From the human T2T-CHM13v2.0 reference genome, Homo sapiens: 64,000 nt of DNA. Positions 15,906-29,880 of this stretch are shown piece after piece. The translations under genes were made by a program, and so were the position numbers. The stretch lies in assembly GCF_009914755.1 (NCBI RefSeq), contig NC_060938.1, one strand, 5' to 3'. The notes beneath the pieces were generated by a model. The model was not told the DNA's origin, ran no database searches, and worked only from the letters and a program-made list of their open reading frames with translations. Each line of letters begins with the position of its first letter. Positions within the stretch are counted from its first letter, which is position 1.

Positions 15906-18600
15906 TCCAAAACCAGCAGGATGAAGATAGGGAAGATTATCTTGATGCATCTTTTAGTTAGGTAATAAAGGAGGTTAGATTAGTGGCAGATCAAAATGAA
16001 AGAAAGAGGGCTGAGAAATCAGAAAATTAATCTTGTTTTGTGGTCTTGGGTGAAAGCTATCCACTTCTGTAGTCATCAGCTTGTAGATAATTTTTAAGAA
16101 TCCTTAACTCGGGGTCTTCCAAGTGCATGGATTTCCAGGCTTTGTAAGAAATAGATGTATCTTTTTAGTTAGAAAGCCTAACTCCCATTACTGGGTATAT
16201 ACACACCCAAAGAAAAATAAATCATTTTACCAAAGGACACCTGCACTTGCGTGTTTATCGCAGCATATTCAAAATAGCAAAGACATGGAATCAACCTAGG
16301 TGTCCAACAATTGTGTGCTGGATAGAGAAAATGTGGTACATAGATACAATGGAATACTACATAGCCATAAAATAGCATAAAATTATATCCTTTGCAGCAA
16401 CGAAGGATGAAGATGGAGGCCATTATTTTAAGCGAATTAACACAGAAACAAAAAACCAAATACTGCATGTTCTCACTTATAAGTGGGAGTTAAACCTTGA
16501 GTACTCACAGAAGATGAGAACAACAAATACTGGGGAATCCAAAAGTCAGGAGGGAGGAAAGGGGGAAAGGGCTGAAAAAAAAACTTCCTGTTGGATACTA
16601 TGTTCACTATCTGAATGATGACATCAATAGAAGCCCAAACCCCAGCATCGTGGAATATGCCCTTGTAATAAAGCTGCACATGCACCCCTGAATCTAAAAT
16701 AAAAGTAAAAAATAAAAAAGCGTGACTCCAACGACCAACACCTTGAAGTTTTACTGTTGTGTCAGTTGTTAATAATCCCTGCCAAGGTTCTTTTCACTGG
16801 GGCTGAAGGGCTGTTTCTCTCTGACGTATTTTCTAGAAGACTAGATCTCCCTATTTCAGATCAGACAGTGGGTGTTTTAAAAATGTAGTTTGAACCTGTT
16901 TGTGTTAAAGCTGGCAGCATCATATGTGTCTCATGTGATATTTGGTCACATTAACCTGTAGTATGGCATAATCTAGGTTTAGAAGTAAAATTTTCAAATG
17001 AACTGGGTAGCTTATTATTAGCTCATACGGAGATCACCTGTGGGTCCCAGAGAAGGTAGATCTCATTGTCATGAAGGCTAATAGAAGTCTGAGTACTTTT
17101 GAGAACTATGCCAATTTTAGTTTTAGAATTTCATTAGTTCTTTTTACTTTTCTTGATGTTTGTAGACGGTAAAGATAGTGAAGTCTTAAGTAAAAGATAC
17201 AGGTTTACAGAGTTATTTGGTAATAGTATAAGTGAATTATATGCCCCTATTACTAGAAAGATAAGTTAAAATTTCCCATATTGGAGAAAAAGAAATTAAA
17301 CATTCTGGTCACAACTGGGCCATAGCTCTTTGTCAAGGACAAGCATCAACTCATCACAAGAGTAAATAATAACCAGAACATATTTATAGTCCATTGCTGG
17401 GGCATTTATATAAAATCCATTCAGAGGTGATCAAAGTGGCCTTGAGCCTTTGGTTCCTATCAATATCCTACTTTTGCAATCCTCCCAGAATAATCTCATC
17501 AGAAAGTAGGGCATGCATAGAAAATGTCTTTGGCAATATTCCTAAAATTCTTCCACCATGTTGGTTAAATATTATTGTCAATGCATCTTTATTATTTTGG
17601 ATAATATTGTGAAGCATTTTTGTTAAATGCACTTTTATTATGGCTATATCCTTAGGTAATATCAAATTGTCTAAAAGTTTATTAATTCTCCTTTCATTTT
17701 ATAGGGATTCCTAAAGAGATGAGGAAATTTGCTTGTTTTCAAAGCATTTTAAAATAATAGACTAACTCAAAATTATATCTACTATCAATATAAATGTTTG
17801 TTTCTTTACTGTTTTTCCTCTGGCAGGTCCAGGCAAGGGCAATGAATTTAACTCTCCAAGCTGATTTAGTTTCTGGGAGAAGCTTAATTTTCAAGAGTAA
17901 ATTCAAGCTCTTGAATTAAAGCTCTTGAGATAGCATAACCTTCTTTGCAATTTTCAGTTTTTAAAAAATAATAAACTATTATGTAATATTGAATCAAGAA
18001 TATCTAAGGGAGTCTCTAGGTCTGTGCAAGGTATGAGCTGTTGTCTAATTTAAGTAAGCAGTCATGGGCTTTTCCTTTGGGTCATGTAAGGAAGGTGACT
18101 GGGGTTAGAGCGTTAAAGTAATAGACAGTGATGTGTAAGTGTTAAAGTAATGGACAGTGACATGTAAGGGCAAAGAAACAATAATTCATAAGAAGTTTGG
18201 CTAATAGCTAAGAAGCTTGAGGGATTTTTGTCATTTGCAGGGTCTGTAAAGTGTAAGGAATCATTAAGGTCGGTGTAAATCCTAGAACTAAATTAACTGA
18301 AGACTCTCATTGCTGATATAGGTTTTAGGCAAGGTGATGTATCTTGACTATTGTACCATAAAAAAGACTGAAATTAGCAATAAACTTCTGAGGATTCCTC
18401 TATATTTGAGTCAGTATTCCTAGTGCTTGTCCAGCCCTCTCATAAACAAAAGGAAAAAGGGGTTTGTGGATTTAGAAAACTGGAAGCAAGGTTGTTTTTT
18501 TTTTTGTTTTCAGATAGTTGTATCACTCTTTGGGCCTAAATAAAAATATTCTGCCTTTAACTGGAAAAGAAGAGTTTTAGATGGAGAAGAACCAATTAGC
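15906..18600 (-). mobile_element. Decayed ERV internal region with pol (RNase H/integrase) relic
   Basis: Minus-strand LPKDIAIIKVH (~17660) and WWKNFRNIAKDIFYACPTF**...AQGHFDHL*MDFI*MP (17390-17560); right boundary uncertain. Confidence 0.6.
16186..16716 (+). mobile_element. Older L1PA 3' end (L1PA15/16-like)
   Basis: L1 3'UTR ending cccctgaatctaaaataaaag plus A-tail; degenerate TSD aaagcctaactcc/aaagcgtgactcc. Confidence 0.8.
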
Positions 18601-18777
18601 TGCCTCCTATAAGGAGTCTCTTATGTGAAACAGGAATAAGACTATAATAATCTCCAATAAGAAAAGATAATGGGACTAGAAGCTAAAGTTTTAAAACAAT
18701 ATAATTTTTTTTTTTTTTTACTAGTTAGAGGTATTCAAGGATGGAACAATTTCTTCATTAGAAATGAGGAAGAATAG

Positions 18778-19098
<321 letters not shown>

Positions 19099-20489
19099 CT
19101 AGTAAAAATTTCAATCAAAGCCTGGACTATCATTTGTTTGAAATAAGAATTCAAATATTATTTGGATGGCTAGAATAAATTATTCAGGCTATTTAGACCA
19201 AACCATTATATGAGTGCACAAAAGGCTCCAGTTGTAAGGAACAGGTGAATATTCTGAAAAGAAGGGCAATTCCTGTGCTTCAAAAGCCAATCATGTATAT
19301 TTATGGTTTTGTTTTGTTATAAACTCAAGAGAAAGAGATGAACAAAAGTGGTTGGTGGCTTTCCAATAGGGTTAAGAGGAAAAGAGGGAACTAATATTTA
19401 TTGCATGTTTACAATGTGCCAGTAAAATAAAAGGGAGATGCTGGAATTTTTTTTTTAAATTCCCAATTTCTATACAGCAGTATATAGTTTATCAATAGCA
19501 AAGAAAGACAATTTGAAAAAGTAATGGTTATTGTTAAACCTGCTTTATTTTCCACCAAGTCTTGGCAGGATGAGATTCAGGATTAGAACAGAAGGTTTAC
19601 CTTGTTCATAAGATACATCTAAATGAAGGTGTGGGAGGGGAGGGCTAGAACTGCATGTTAAGAAGTATGTAAGTGTATGGAAACCCATAAAGTTAAGAGT
19701 TGAAGTGTATGGGAGTGAATTTGGATGAGATTTCTTTAGAGCAAAATAAACATTTTTTCTTAATAAATACTACAGGTTGCTTAATCAGAATGACAAAACA
19801 GGTAAAGAGGCAAGGTGGTCATGATGGTGTGGTATTAATTTCATAAAGCTATCTGTTGCTTTGGAGGCATGGGCCCCAGTCTTAGCATACCTGAGCTTGA
19901 GTTCTAGTATTTGCATTTTATCCTTTTCATTATTGACAAAATGAGAATTAATCAAACTTATTTTAATTATTCAAAGTAATGAAATGTATGTGAAAAGCCT
20001 TTGTAAGGTGTAAGACACTATGAAGTGTTTGTTTTGGTAACAATGAAGTTATCCAGTAAGAGTCTTATTCTGCTAGTCATGGATATGCATGGGCAACAAT
20101 GTCTGCCTCCCCAGATTCCAGTCACTCCTCTCTATTGTGTTGCATCATGAAGCTTGAGAGGAATGGATTGATTGATTGGTCCCATTCCCTAACCCATATC
20201 TCAATAAAGTCATTGGACTGTAACCCATATCTCAATAGAGTCATTGAGATATATTGCATTAAGCCATGCCTGAAGCCCTATTTTCTCTCTGGGCATTCTA
20301 GTTTTATGAGCCAATAAATCCCCTTCAGCTTGAGTTGAAATTTTTGTTTCTTGCAATTGAAACAATCTTGATTGATGAAACATTTAATAAATTTTGACTC
20401 ACTGACAGTTTTATGGAAAAGAATGTAATGGAGACCAGGAAGAATACTGTTACTCTGGATTTAATTCTGATTGATAGGAAAGAACTTGT

Positions 20490-20750
20490 TAATGACATGT
20501 ATGGTAGGTTAAATGAAAGTAGCTTTGGAGTCAAATATATTTGGGTCTAAGCCCTCATTCCAGCATTTGTTATCAGTGTTACTTTAAGCAAATAACTTAA
20601 TGCCTTTCAGCTTTAGTTTCCTCATCTATAAGTTGGGTGTAATAATAATGTCTATATCATCGGAGTGGTAATTAGGATTAATAGATAATTAATAGATAAC
20701 ACACATAAAATATGCCATAGCACATATTAAGGATTCAACAGGGATTAGGT
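20490..20750 (+). mobile_element. MIR
   Basis: 'gctttggagtcaaat...cagctttagtttcctcatctataagttggg' MIR core. Confidence 0.7.
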
Positions 20751-22965
20751 TTGAAAAACTAGAAATGGAAGATGCAGAATAAAGACTTAACTGCCCATTA
20801 TTGCCCTATCTCTAAAATAAACTGAAGACAATAAGGAAAATGAATGAGAAAGGGAGAAACATCATCTTTTTAAATTAAAAGGCAACACTTTAAGTGTGAA
20901 AATACACTAATTAGAAGAGCTAATGAGTGCATCTGAAATTAGATCAGGGTAAAGGAAGATGCCAGGAGAGGATGACTACATTATAGAGTTTGGACAGAGT
21001 CAGCACAGCATAGATTTCTCCATAGGGGCCAATGGGTAGCCATACTTTGGAACATAATCATGAAAGGCTGTAAGTCTCTGTAACCTCCTTGCTGTTACAG
21101 TGTAACAGAAGAGGCAAGGTTGAATGAGGAAACCTTAAACATACTATCTTTGGAACAACGCTAATTATGAAGAAGAATCTGTGTATGACAAGCAACTCTA
21201 CAGCTATTTACCTTTGTTAACCAATGAAGAGAGAAGGTCAAATCACCTTGCAATCTCACAGACACAAAATATGTACTATGTAGGGCTTCACTGTGAGCTA
21301 GAGGGTATCCTTATTGGCCTAGAACATTCTTCTGAAGCCTTATGCACACTATCTTCCTAAAAATAACTTAACCAAGAAGAAATCACTTAATTTAAAGAGA
21401 AATATTATTTAAAAAGCAACAGAGGATTTATATAAAACACTACAATCTGAAAATGAAATAAGAAAACAATTTTATTTACAATAGAATACAAAATACTTAG
21501 GAGTATATTTAATCAAGGAGGTATAAAATTTGTACACCACAAACTATAAAACATTGCTGAAAGAAATTAAAGAAGGCCTTAATAACTGTAAAGACATTCT
21601 GTGTTCATGCATTGGAAGACTTAATACTGTTAAAATAGCAAACTACTCCAAATGGTTGGCAGACTCAATGCAATTTCTACCAAAATCCTAATACCCTGTT
21701 TTTTTTTTGTTTGTTTGTTTGTTTTGCAGAAACCGAAAAGCTGATTTTAAAATTCACATGGAATTGCAAGGGATCCAGAATGGCCAAAATAATCTTGAAA
21801 AAGAAAAATAAGGTGGGAAGACTCACATTTTTATATTTCAAAACTTACTACAAGCTGTGGTAACAAAGGCATTATGCTAATGGCATAAGGATAGACATAC
21901 AGATCAATAAAATAGACTGAGAGCCCAGAAATAAACTCAATAATGATAAACCCAAGAAACAAGCTCAATAGAATAGATTGAGAGTCCAGTTAATTTTCAA
22001 CAAAGGTGCCAAGACATTTCAATGGAGGACAGAATGATCTACTTGACAAATGGTGCTGGGGCAACTGGATATCCATATGCAAAAGAATGAAGTTAGACCT
22101 CTATCTCATACCATATGAAAAAATTAACTCAAAGTGGATCAAATATCTAAATTAGAAACTAAACTATAAAACTCTTAGAAGAAAACACAAGAGTAAATCT
22201 TTATGACCTTGGACTTGGCACTAGATTCCTAGAAATGGCACCCAAAACACAAGCAATACAAGGTAAAGTAGATACATTGGACTTCTTCAAAATTAATAAC
22301 ATTTGTTTGTAAAAGGACATATCAAGAAAGTAAGAAGAAAATCTAAAGGATGGGAGAAAATATTTATGAATAATTTATCTGATAAGGGTCTAGTATCTAG
22401 AATAAAGCACTCTTACAGCCCAACCCCAAATAGACAAACAACCTGATTAAAAATTGGCAAAAGACTTGAATAGACATTTTTACAAAGAAGATGTACAAAT
22501 GGCTGACAAACATATAAAAATATACTCAACATTTTTAGTCATCAGGAAATTACAAATTATACCACTTCACACTCAACTAGGATGGCTGTAATTTAGAAAA
22601 AATTAAAATAAGTGCTGGTGAGAATGTGGAGAAATTGGAAACCTCATCAATTGCTGGTGGGAATGTAAAATGGTGCGGCCATTGTAGAAAACAGTTTGGC
22701 TATTCCTCAAAAGTTAAATATAGAATTATAATATGATCTAAAAATTCCAATCCTAGATATATAACCTAAAGAATTGAAGAAAGGTATTCTAATAAATTAT
22801 TATATATGAATGTTTATAGTAGCATTATTCACAACAGCCAAAAGATGGAAACAAGCCAAATGTCCATCAGTGAATGAATAAACAAAATGTGATATAGCTA
22901 CAAATTGTTATTATTCAGCCATAAAAACAAATGAAGTTCTGATTGACCTTCAAAAGCTTTATGCT

Positions 22966-24276
22966 GCCCTCTCCCTCTCCCTCTCCCCTTTGCACGGTCT
23001 CCCTCTGATGCCGAGCGGAGGCTGGACTGTACTGCCGCCATCTCGGCTCACTGCAACCTCCCTGCCTGATTCTCCTGCCTTAGCCTGCCCAGTGCCTGGG
23101 ATTGCAGGTGCACGCCACCACGCCTGACTGGTTTTTGTATTTTTTCGTGGAGACGGGGTTTTGCAGTGTTGGCCGGGCTGGTCTCCAGCTCCTGACCGCG
23201 AGTGATCTGCCAGCCTCGGCCTCCCGAGGTGCCGGGATTGCAGACGGAGTCTCGCTCACTCAGTGCTCAATGTTGCCCAGGCTGGAGTGCAGTGGCGTGA
23301 TCTTGGCTCGCTACAATCTCCACCTCCCAGCCGCCTGCCTTGGCCTCCCAAAGTGCCGAGATTGCAGCCTCTGCCCCGCCGCCACCCCGTCTAGGAAGTG
23401 AGGAGCGTCTCTGCCCGGCCGCCCATCGTCTGGGATGTGAGGAGCCCCTCTGCCCGGCCGCCCAGTCTGGGATGTGAGGAGCGCCTCTGCCGTGCAGCGA
23501 CCCCGTCTGGGAACTGAGGAGTGTCTCTGCCCTGCCGCCACCCCGTCTGGGAGGTGAGGAGCATCTCTGACCGGCCGCCCCGTCTGGGAAGTGAGGAGCG
23601 TCTCCGCCTGGCAGCTGCCCCGTCAGGGAGGTGGGGGGCAGCCCCCGCCCAGCCGCCGCCCCGTCTGGGAGTTGCGGGGGCGCCTCTGCCCGGCGCCCCG
23701 TCTGGGAAGTGAGGAGCCCCTCTGCCCGGCCGCCACCCCGTCTGGGAGGTGTACCCAACAGCTCATCGAGAACGGGCCATGATGACAATGGCGGTTTTGT
23801 CGAATAGAAAGGGGGGAAGTGTGGGGAAAAGAAAGAGAGATTGGATTGTTCCTGTGTCTGTGTGGAAAGAAGTAGACATAGGAGACTCCATTTTGTTCTG
23901 TACTAAGAAAAATTCTTCTGCCTTGGGATGCTGTTAATCTATAACCTTGCCCCCAACCCCGTGCTCTCTGAAACAGGTGCTGTGTCCACTCAGGGTTAAA
24001 TGGATTAAGGGCGGTGCAAGATGTGCTTTGTTAAACAGATGCTTGAAGGCAGCATGCTGGTTAAGAGTCATCACCACTCCCTAATCTCAAGTACCCAGGG
24101 GCACAAACACTGCGGAAGGCGGCAGGGCCCTCTGCCTAGGAAAACCAGAGACCTTTGTTCACATGTTTATCTGCTGACCTTCCCTCCACTATTGTCCTAT
24201 GACCCTGCCAAATCCCCCTCTCCGAGAAACACCCAAGAATGATCAATAAATACTAAAAAAAAAAAAAAAAAAAAAA
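22966..24276 (+). mobile_element. SVA retrotransposon, older (A-C type) subfamily
   Basis: (CCCTCT)n head, antisense Alu-like region, GC-rich VNTR (~23370-23750), SINE-R, AATAAA 24245-24250, poly-A 24255-24276. Confidence 0.97.
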
Positions 24277-24336
24277 GAAGAAATAGAATAGAATAATATA
24301 AGTAAGTTACATGTGTTCCTCTAATTTGTGTTCATC

Positions 24337-24560
24337 CAGGGGAGGCAAATGATGGCAACAGGCCAAATCCAGCCTGCCACATGGTTTTATAAATACAGTT
24401 TTATTGAACACAGCCTCGCCCATTCATTTACTTATGGTCTATGGCTGCTTTTTTGCTTCACAATGGCAGTGTTGAGTAACTGCAGCAGAGACCACACGGA
24501 CTGCAAAACCTAAAATATTTACTATTTGACCTTTTACTGAAAAAAGTTTGCTGACCCCTG
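24337..24560 (+). mobile_element. MER58A-like hAT DNA transposon within the transduction
   Basis: cagggg...cccctg termini; 'ggccaaatccagcctgcc...aaagtttgctgacccctg'. Confidence 0.75.
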
Positions 24561-24618
24561 ATCTATTCATCATAAACTTCTTTTTGATAAATGGATTCTA
24601 ACAGAGACAAAGAACTTA

Positions 24619-24870
<252 letters not shown>

Positions 24871-25104
24871 TCAAAAATAAAAACTTTCTAAATAAATAAA
24901 AAAAAAAGCTTTATGCTAAGTTAAAGAAACCAGACATAAAATACCACCTGTTGTATGATTCTTTTTATATTGAACATCCAGAATAGGTAAATTTGTAGTC
25001 AGAAAGTAGACTAGTGTTTACGAGGGGATGAGGAGAAGTGGAGAACGACTGTTTAATAGGTATAGAATTTTCTCACAGTTAGTGTTGTTGCAAAGATAGT
25101 ATGT

Positions 25105-27950
25105 TTAACCTTACCTGGAGCTGAGACAAATTTAAAGAGCCGAGCGAAATACAGGGGTGGAAGAAGCAGTGGGAAGAGCCCTGTGGGTAATCTCAGTCCC
25201 CAGGGAAGCCATTTGTGACTTTTTTCCACAGAGGTCCTTGGGGAGGGCTGCCAGAGGAACTGGGAAAAGACCACAGGGAGGAGGAAACATCCAGCTGAAC
25301 TTTGTAACAGTTTTGACTGAACTCAAAGTTTCCTAGACAGAACTCAGGGGAGGGAGAAATTGAGAGCACAGACACAGCACAGAAGCCTAAGCAGGTGGGA
25401 AGGTATGAAACCTGAAAGCCCCGCTTGCTTTCTCAGCCAGGAGGCTGGTAGCCTGGGGCAAGTTCTCAGCTCTGCTCACCCTCTGCCTGGAAATAAACTT
25501 GGTCCTGCTAGCGGGGCACCAAAAGCAGTTGGTGCTGTTGGTGGGGGCACCAAAAGGCTGGGAGTTAGACCAGCCTTTTGGGCTTTGTGGGAGCTGGGTT
25601 AGGCCAGTAACTGCTGGCTTTCCCCCACTTCCCTGGTGACCTGTATGACCCAGTAGAGGCAGCCATAATCCCCCTGGGAACACAACTTCATTGCCCTCAG
25701 AACCACACTCCCATCTCCCACAGCAGCCTTAGCAAGCCTCGCGCAAGGACAGTCTGAGTTCAGACTTGCCTAACCCTGCCCCCACCTGATGGTCTTTCTC
25801 TACATGCCCTGGTAGCTGTAGACAAAGGACATATTCTCTCAGGAGCTCTAGGACCCTGCTCATTGCCTGACCCTCACAGAGTCCATTTCACCCCCCTACT
25901 GCTACCTCCACCGGAGCAGGTGCTGCTATCCATGGCTGAGACTCCAGACAATGGTTCACATCACAAGACTCTGTGCAGACACTCCCCTGCCCCTGCCCCA
26001 AGTACCAGCCCAGAGCCCAGTGGCACTACTGGGTGGTTAGACCCAGAAGAGAAATAATGATCACTACAGTTTGGTTCCCAGGAAGTGACATCCCCATGGG
26101 AAGGGAGATAGCACACATCAAGGGAGCATACCATGGGACAAATAAATCTGAATATCAGCCCTTGAGCTCCAGATTTTCTCTCTGACATAGTCTACCCAAA
26201 TGAGAAGGAACCAGAAAAACAATTCTGGTAATACGACAAAAACAAGGTTAACACCCCCAAAAGATCACACTGGATCACTAGCAATGGATCCAAACCAAGA
26301 TGAAATCCCTGAATTGCCAGAAAAATAATTCAGAAGGTTGATTATTAAGCTAATCAAGGAGGCGCCAGAGAAAGGTGAGGTCCAACTTAGTGAAATGAAA
26401 AAAAGATATAAGATATGAAAGAGAAAATATTCAGTGAAATAGATAACATAAATAAAGAACAATCACAACTTCTGGAAACGAAAAGGCACACTTAGAGAAA
26501 TGCAAAATGCACTGGAAAGTCTCAGCAATGGAGTTGAACAGGCAGAGGAAAAAGCTTTGGAACTCAAAGACAAGGCTTTCAAATTAACACAATCCAACAA
26601 AGACAAAGAAAAAAGAATAAAAAAAATTTAACAAAGCCTCCAAGAAGTCTGGGATTATATTACATGACCAAACCTAAGAATAATTGGTGTTCGTGAGGAA
26701 GAAGAGAAATCAAAAGTTTGGAAAACATATTTGAGTGAATAATCAAGAAAAACTTCTACAGCCTTCCTAGAGATCTAGACATCCAAATACAAGAAGCTCA
26801 AAGAACACCTGCTAAATTTATTGCAAAAAAGATTATCTCCAGGCACATAGTCATCACATTATGTAAAGTTAAGATGAAGGAAAGAATCTTAAGAGTTGTG
26901 AGGCAAAAGCACCAGGTAACCTATAAAGGAAAACCTATCAGATTAATAATAGATTTCTCGCAGAAACCCTACAAGCTAGAAGAGATTGGGGCCCTATCTT
27001 CAGGGTCCTTAAACAAAACAATTATCAGCAAAGGATTTTTGTATCCAGTGAAACTAACTTTCATAAATAAAGGAAAGATACAGTCTTTTTCAGACAAATA
27101 AATGCTGAAAGAGTTTACCACTACCAAGCCAGCACTACAAGAACTGCTAAAAGGACCTCTAAATCTTGAAACGAATCCTTGAAATACACCAAAATAGAAC
27201 CTCTTTAAAGCATAAATCTTACAGGACCTATAAAACAAAAACACAATAAAAAACCAAGGTATTCATGCAACAAATGGCATGATGAGTAGAATAGTACCTT
27301 ATATCTCAATACTAACATTGAATGTAAATGGCCTAAGTGTTCCGCTTAAAAGATGCAGAATGGCAGAATGGATAAAAATTCACCAGCCAAGTATCTACTG
27401 TCTTCAAGACACTCACGTGACACAAAAAGACTCACATAAGCTTAAGGTAAAGGGGTGGAAAAAGATATTCCATGCAAATGATGCTAAAGCAGGAGTAGCT
27501 ATTCTTATATCAAATAAAAAACTTTAAAGCAACAGCAGTTAAAAAAGACAAAGAGGGACATTATATAAAGATGAAAGAATTGTCCAATAGGAAAATATCA
27601 CAATCCTAAATATATATGCACCTAACACTGGAGCTCCCAAATTTATGAAACAGTTACTACTAGACCTAAAAGATGAGACAGACAACAACACAGTAACAGC
27701 AGGGGACTTCAATCCTTCACTGACAGCACTAGACAGGTTATCAAGACAGAAAATCAACAAAGAAAAATGCATTTAAGCTATGTCCTAGAATAAATGGGCT
27801 TAACAGGTATTTACAGAATATTCTACCCAACAACTGCAGAATATACATTCTATTTATCAGTACATGGAGCATTGTCCAGGAGAGGCCATATGATAGGCCT
27901 CAAAAACAAGTCTCAATAAATTTAAGAAAACTGAAATTATATGAAGTATT
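25105..27950 (+). mobile_element. Older primate L1 5' half (L1PA13/L1PREC2-like): 5'UTR, ORF1, endonuclease start
   Basis: ORF1 C-terminal MKERILRVVRQKHQVTYKGKPIRL; ORF2 EN ISILTLNVNGL...CLQDTH; stops abruptly near 27950. Confidence 0.85.
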
Positions 27951-29429
27951 TTTTATGTAATAATTACATAATTTTATGTAATTTTATGTCTTGGGTTTCC
28001 ACACTTACTATCTTATGGAACCTGTTCCCTTGAAGGTCACCAGTGACCTCATAATGGTTATTTTAGAAAGCCTTTCCCCCCCCATAATGGCCTTTTTAGG
28101 GTATAGCTATCATGCAATAAATTGAATATATTTAAAGTACACAGTTTGATAAATTGTGACATATGTATACACCCATGACGCCATCACCACAATCAAATTG
28201 ATTAACATAACCATCAATCACAAAAGTTTTTTTGTGCCCTCTCATGATCCTGTTTTTCTCTTTTTGCCCCCGTCTTCCTTTCCCAAGCAAACATGAATGC
28301 ACTTTCTGTCACTGTAGATTAGTTTAAAATTTCCAGAATTTCTAGAATTTTATGTAAATGAACAATATATACTTCTTTTGGTCTATTTTTTATTTTTTTT
28401 TACTCAGCATAATCATTTTGAGATTCTTTTATGTCATGTCTTTTACCAATGGTTCACTCACCTTTATTCCTGAGTAGCATTCCATTGCATGGCTATATCA
28501 CAGTTTGTTTTTCCAATGTATAAGCACATGGTTGTCAAAACATAGTAAAGCATAGGGAACTAACTTAAAGGTGCATGGAACAACAACAATAGCACAGAAA
28601 TAAATGCTGCTATGCCTAAGAATCTAATATGTGATAAAAAGGAGAGTATAAATCAATAAAGTAGGCAAATTTAAACCAAGTATTTTGAAGTTATTAAATG
28701 GATAAATGAGGCAAAAAATCTAAATAGGCCCCTCACTTCACTCAATATAGCAGGGGTAATTAAGAAGAACAATGACATTATTAAGATTATATAGTTTACA
28801 TTTATTAAATCAGTTGTGACATGATCTCCTTTTAGAAAGATTATTTAGTCGTGGTGCGAAGGATAAACTAGAAATAGTAATCACTGAATTATGGATGCCA
28901 AAGTAAGGAGGTTATGGTAGCATTAGGATCATGAGTTAATAAAAACAAGGCAATGAGAATGGAGAGGAAAGGGAAACTATCAGAGATTTCAAAATTTCAG
29001 AGGAAGAAATGATAGGGGGAATCATATTTTTCTAACTGCAATTTAATAGAAGCAATCCCTTAACTTTTTTCCAGGCTTGTCTTCAGGTGATAGAGACTTG
29101 TAATTTCTCTTGGAAAAACATTTTACTAGGTGACTAGGATTCAAGCTGTAAATCTTGGTTAATCACAAACTTTATGAGTTTAGATTAGTTGTGTAACCTT
29201 CTGGACTGTTTGCTTTCTCTCCTGTAAAGGTCAACTCTAAGACTTCTTACAACTTCAGATTTCTTGGATAATAATTTATTATCTTGAACTGCATCTCCAA
29301 TTGGGCCTAAGACAACAGACCAATTCAGTGGGAAATGAAAATAATAAATGAATTGTATGGGCTAACTACCACTCACAGGGCCTTAGTGAAGAAGGTGACT
29401 ATAATCTAGATTAAAAGTCTTTCCACACG

Positions 29430-29880
29430 GTGTTTTCTCTTAATGATGAAGGAAGCTGTGCAGGCAGGAATAGGGTTACAGGGTACTAATTCGCTTCTGC
29501 TCTGCTGGGTTGAATGGCACTCAAGAGGTTGAGTGTTTGTAATGAAACACACACAAGTTCTGGAGGCAAGAAGACTAGAGTTTTGTTACTTTTGACAAGT
29601 TACAGGTCAATAGAGACTGCCTCTTAAGAAGACCTAGAGGAAAATGCAACTTTTTAATTAATCTCCTGTGTTTCTCTGGCTCATGCCATTATCATAGATA
29701 AGACCAAGGGATGCCTCTGGTGATTCATTAGAACTCTTAGGCTCACTGATTACTCTTTGGTCTCTAAATGCTTCTCTGTGGTAAGAAGAGTAGTTAACAA
29801 AGGAAGCTGGGTTTCCCCAGAGGACCTTATTAAAACTGTTGTGGTTTTGAAGTGATTAACATGTAAATGAATTAATGTGG
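29430..29880. promoter_or_regulatory. Putative human orthologue of the olfactory-receptor H enhancer core
   Basis: AACTTTTTAATTA (29648-29660), 12/13 to the mouse H/P 13-mer AACTTTTTAATGA; further homeodomain sites at 29441, 29686, 29725; O/E-like sites at 29702-29711 and 29814-29823; non-repetitive; upstream of TRAV2. Confidence 0.75.

Noticed and set aside
23102-24242. Cluster of GC-rich ORFs up to 173 aa
   Set aside because: Products of the SVA Alu-like, VNTR and SINE-R regions
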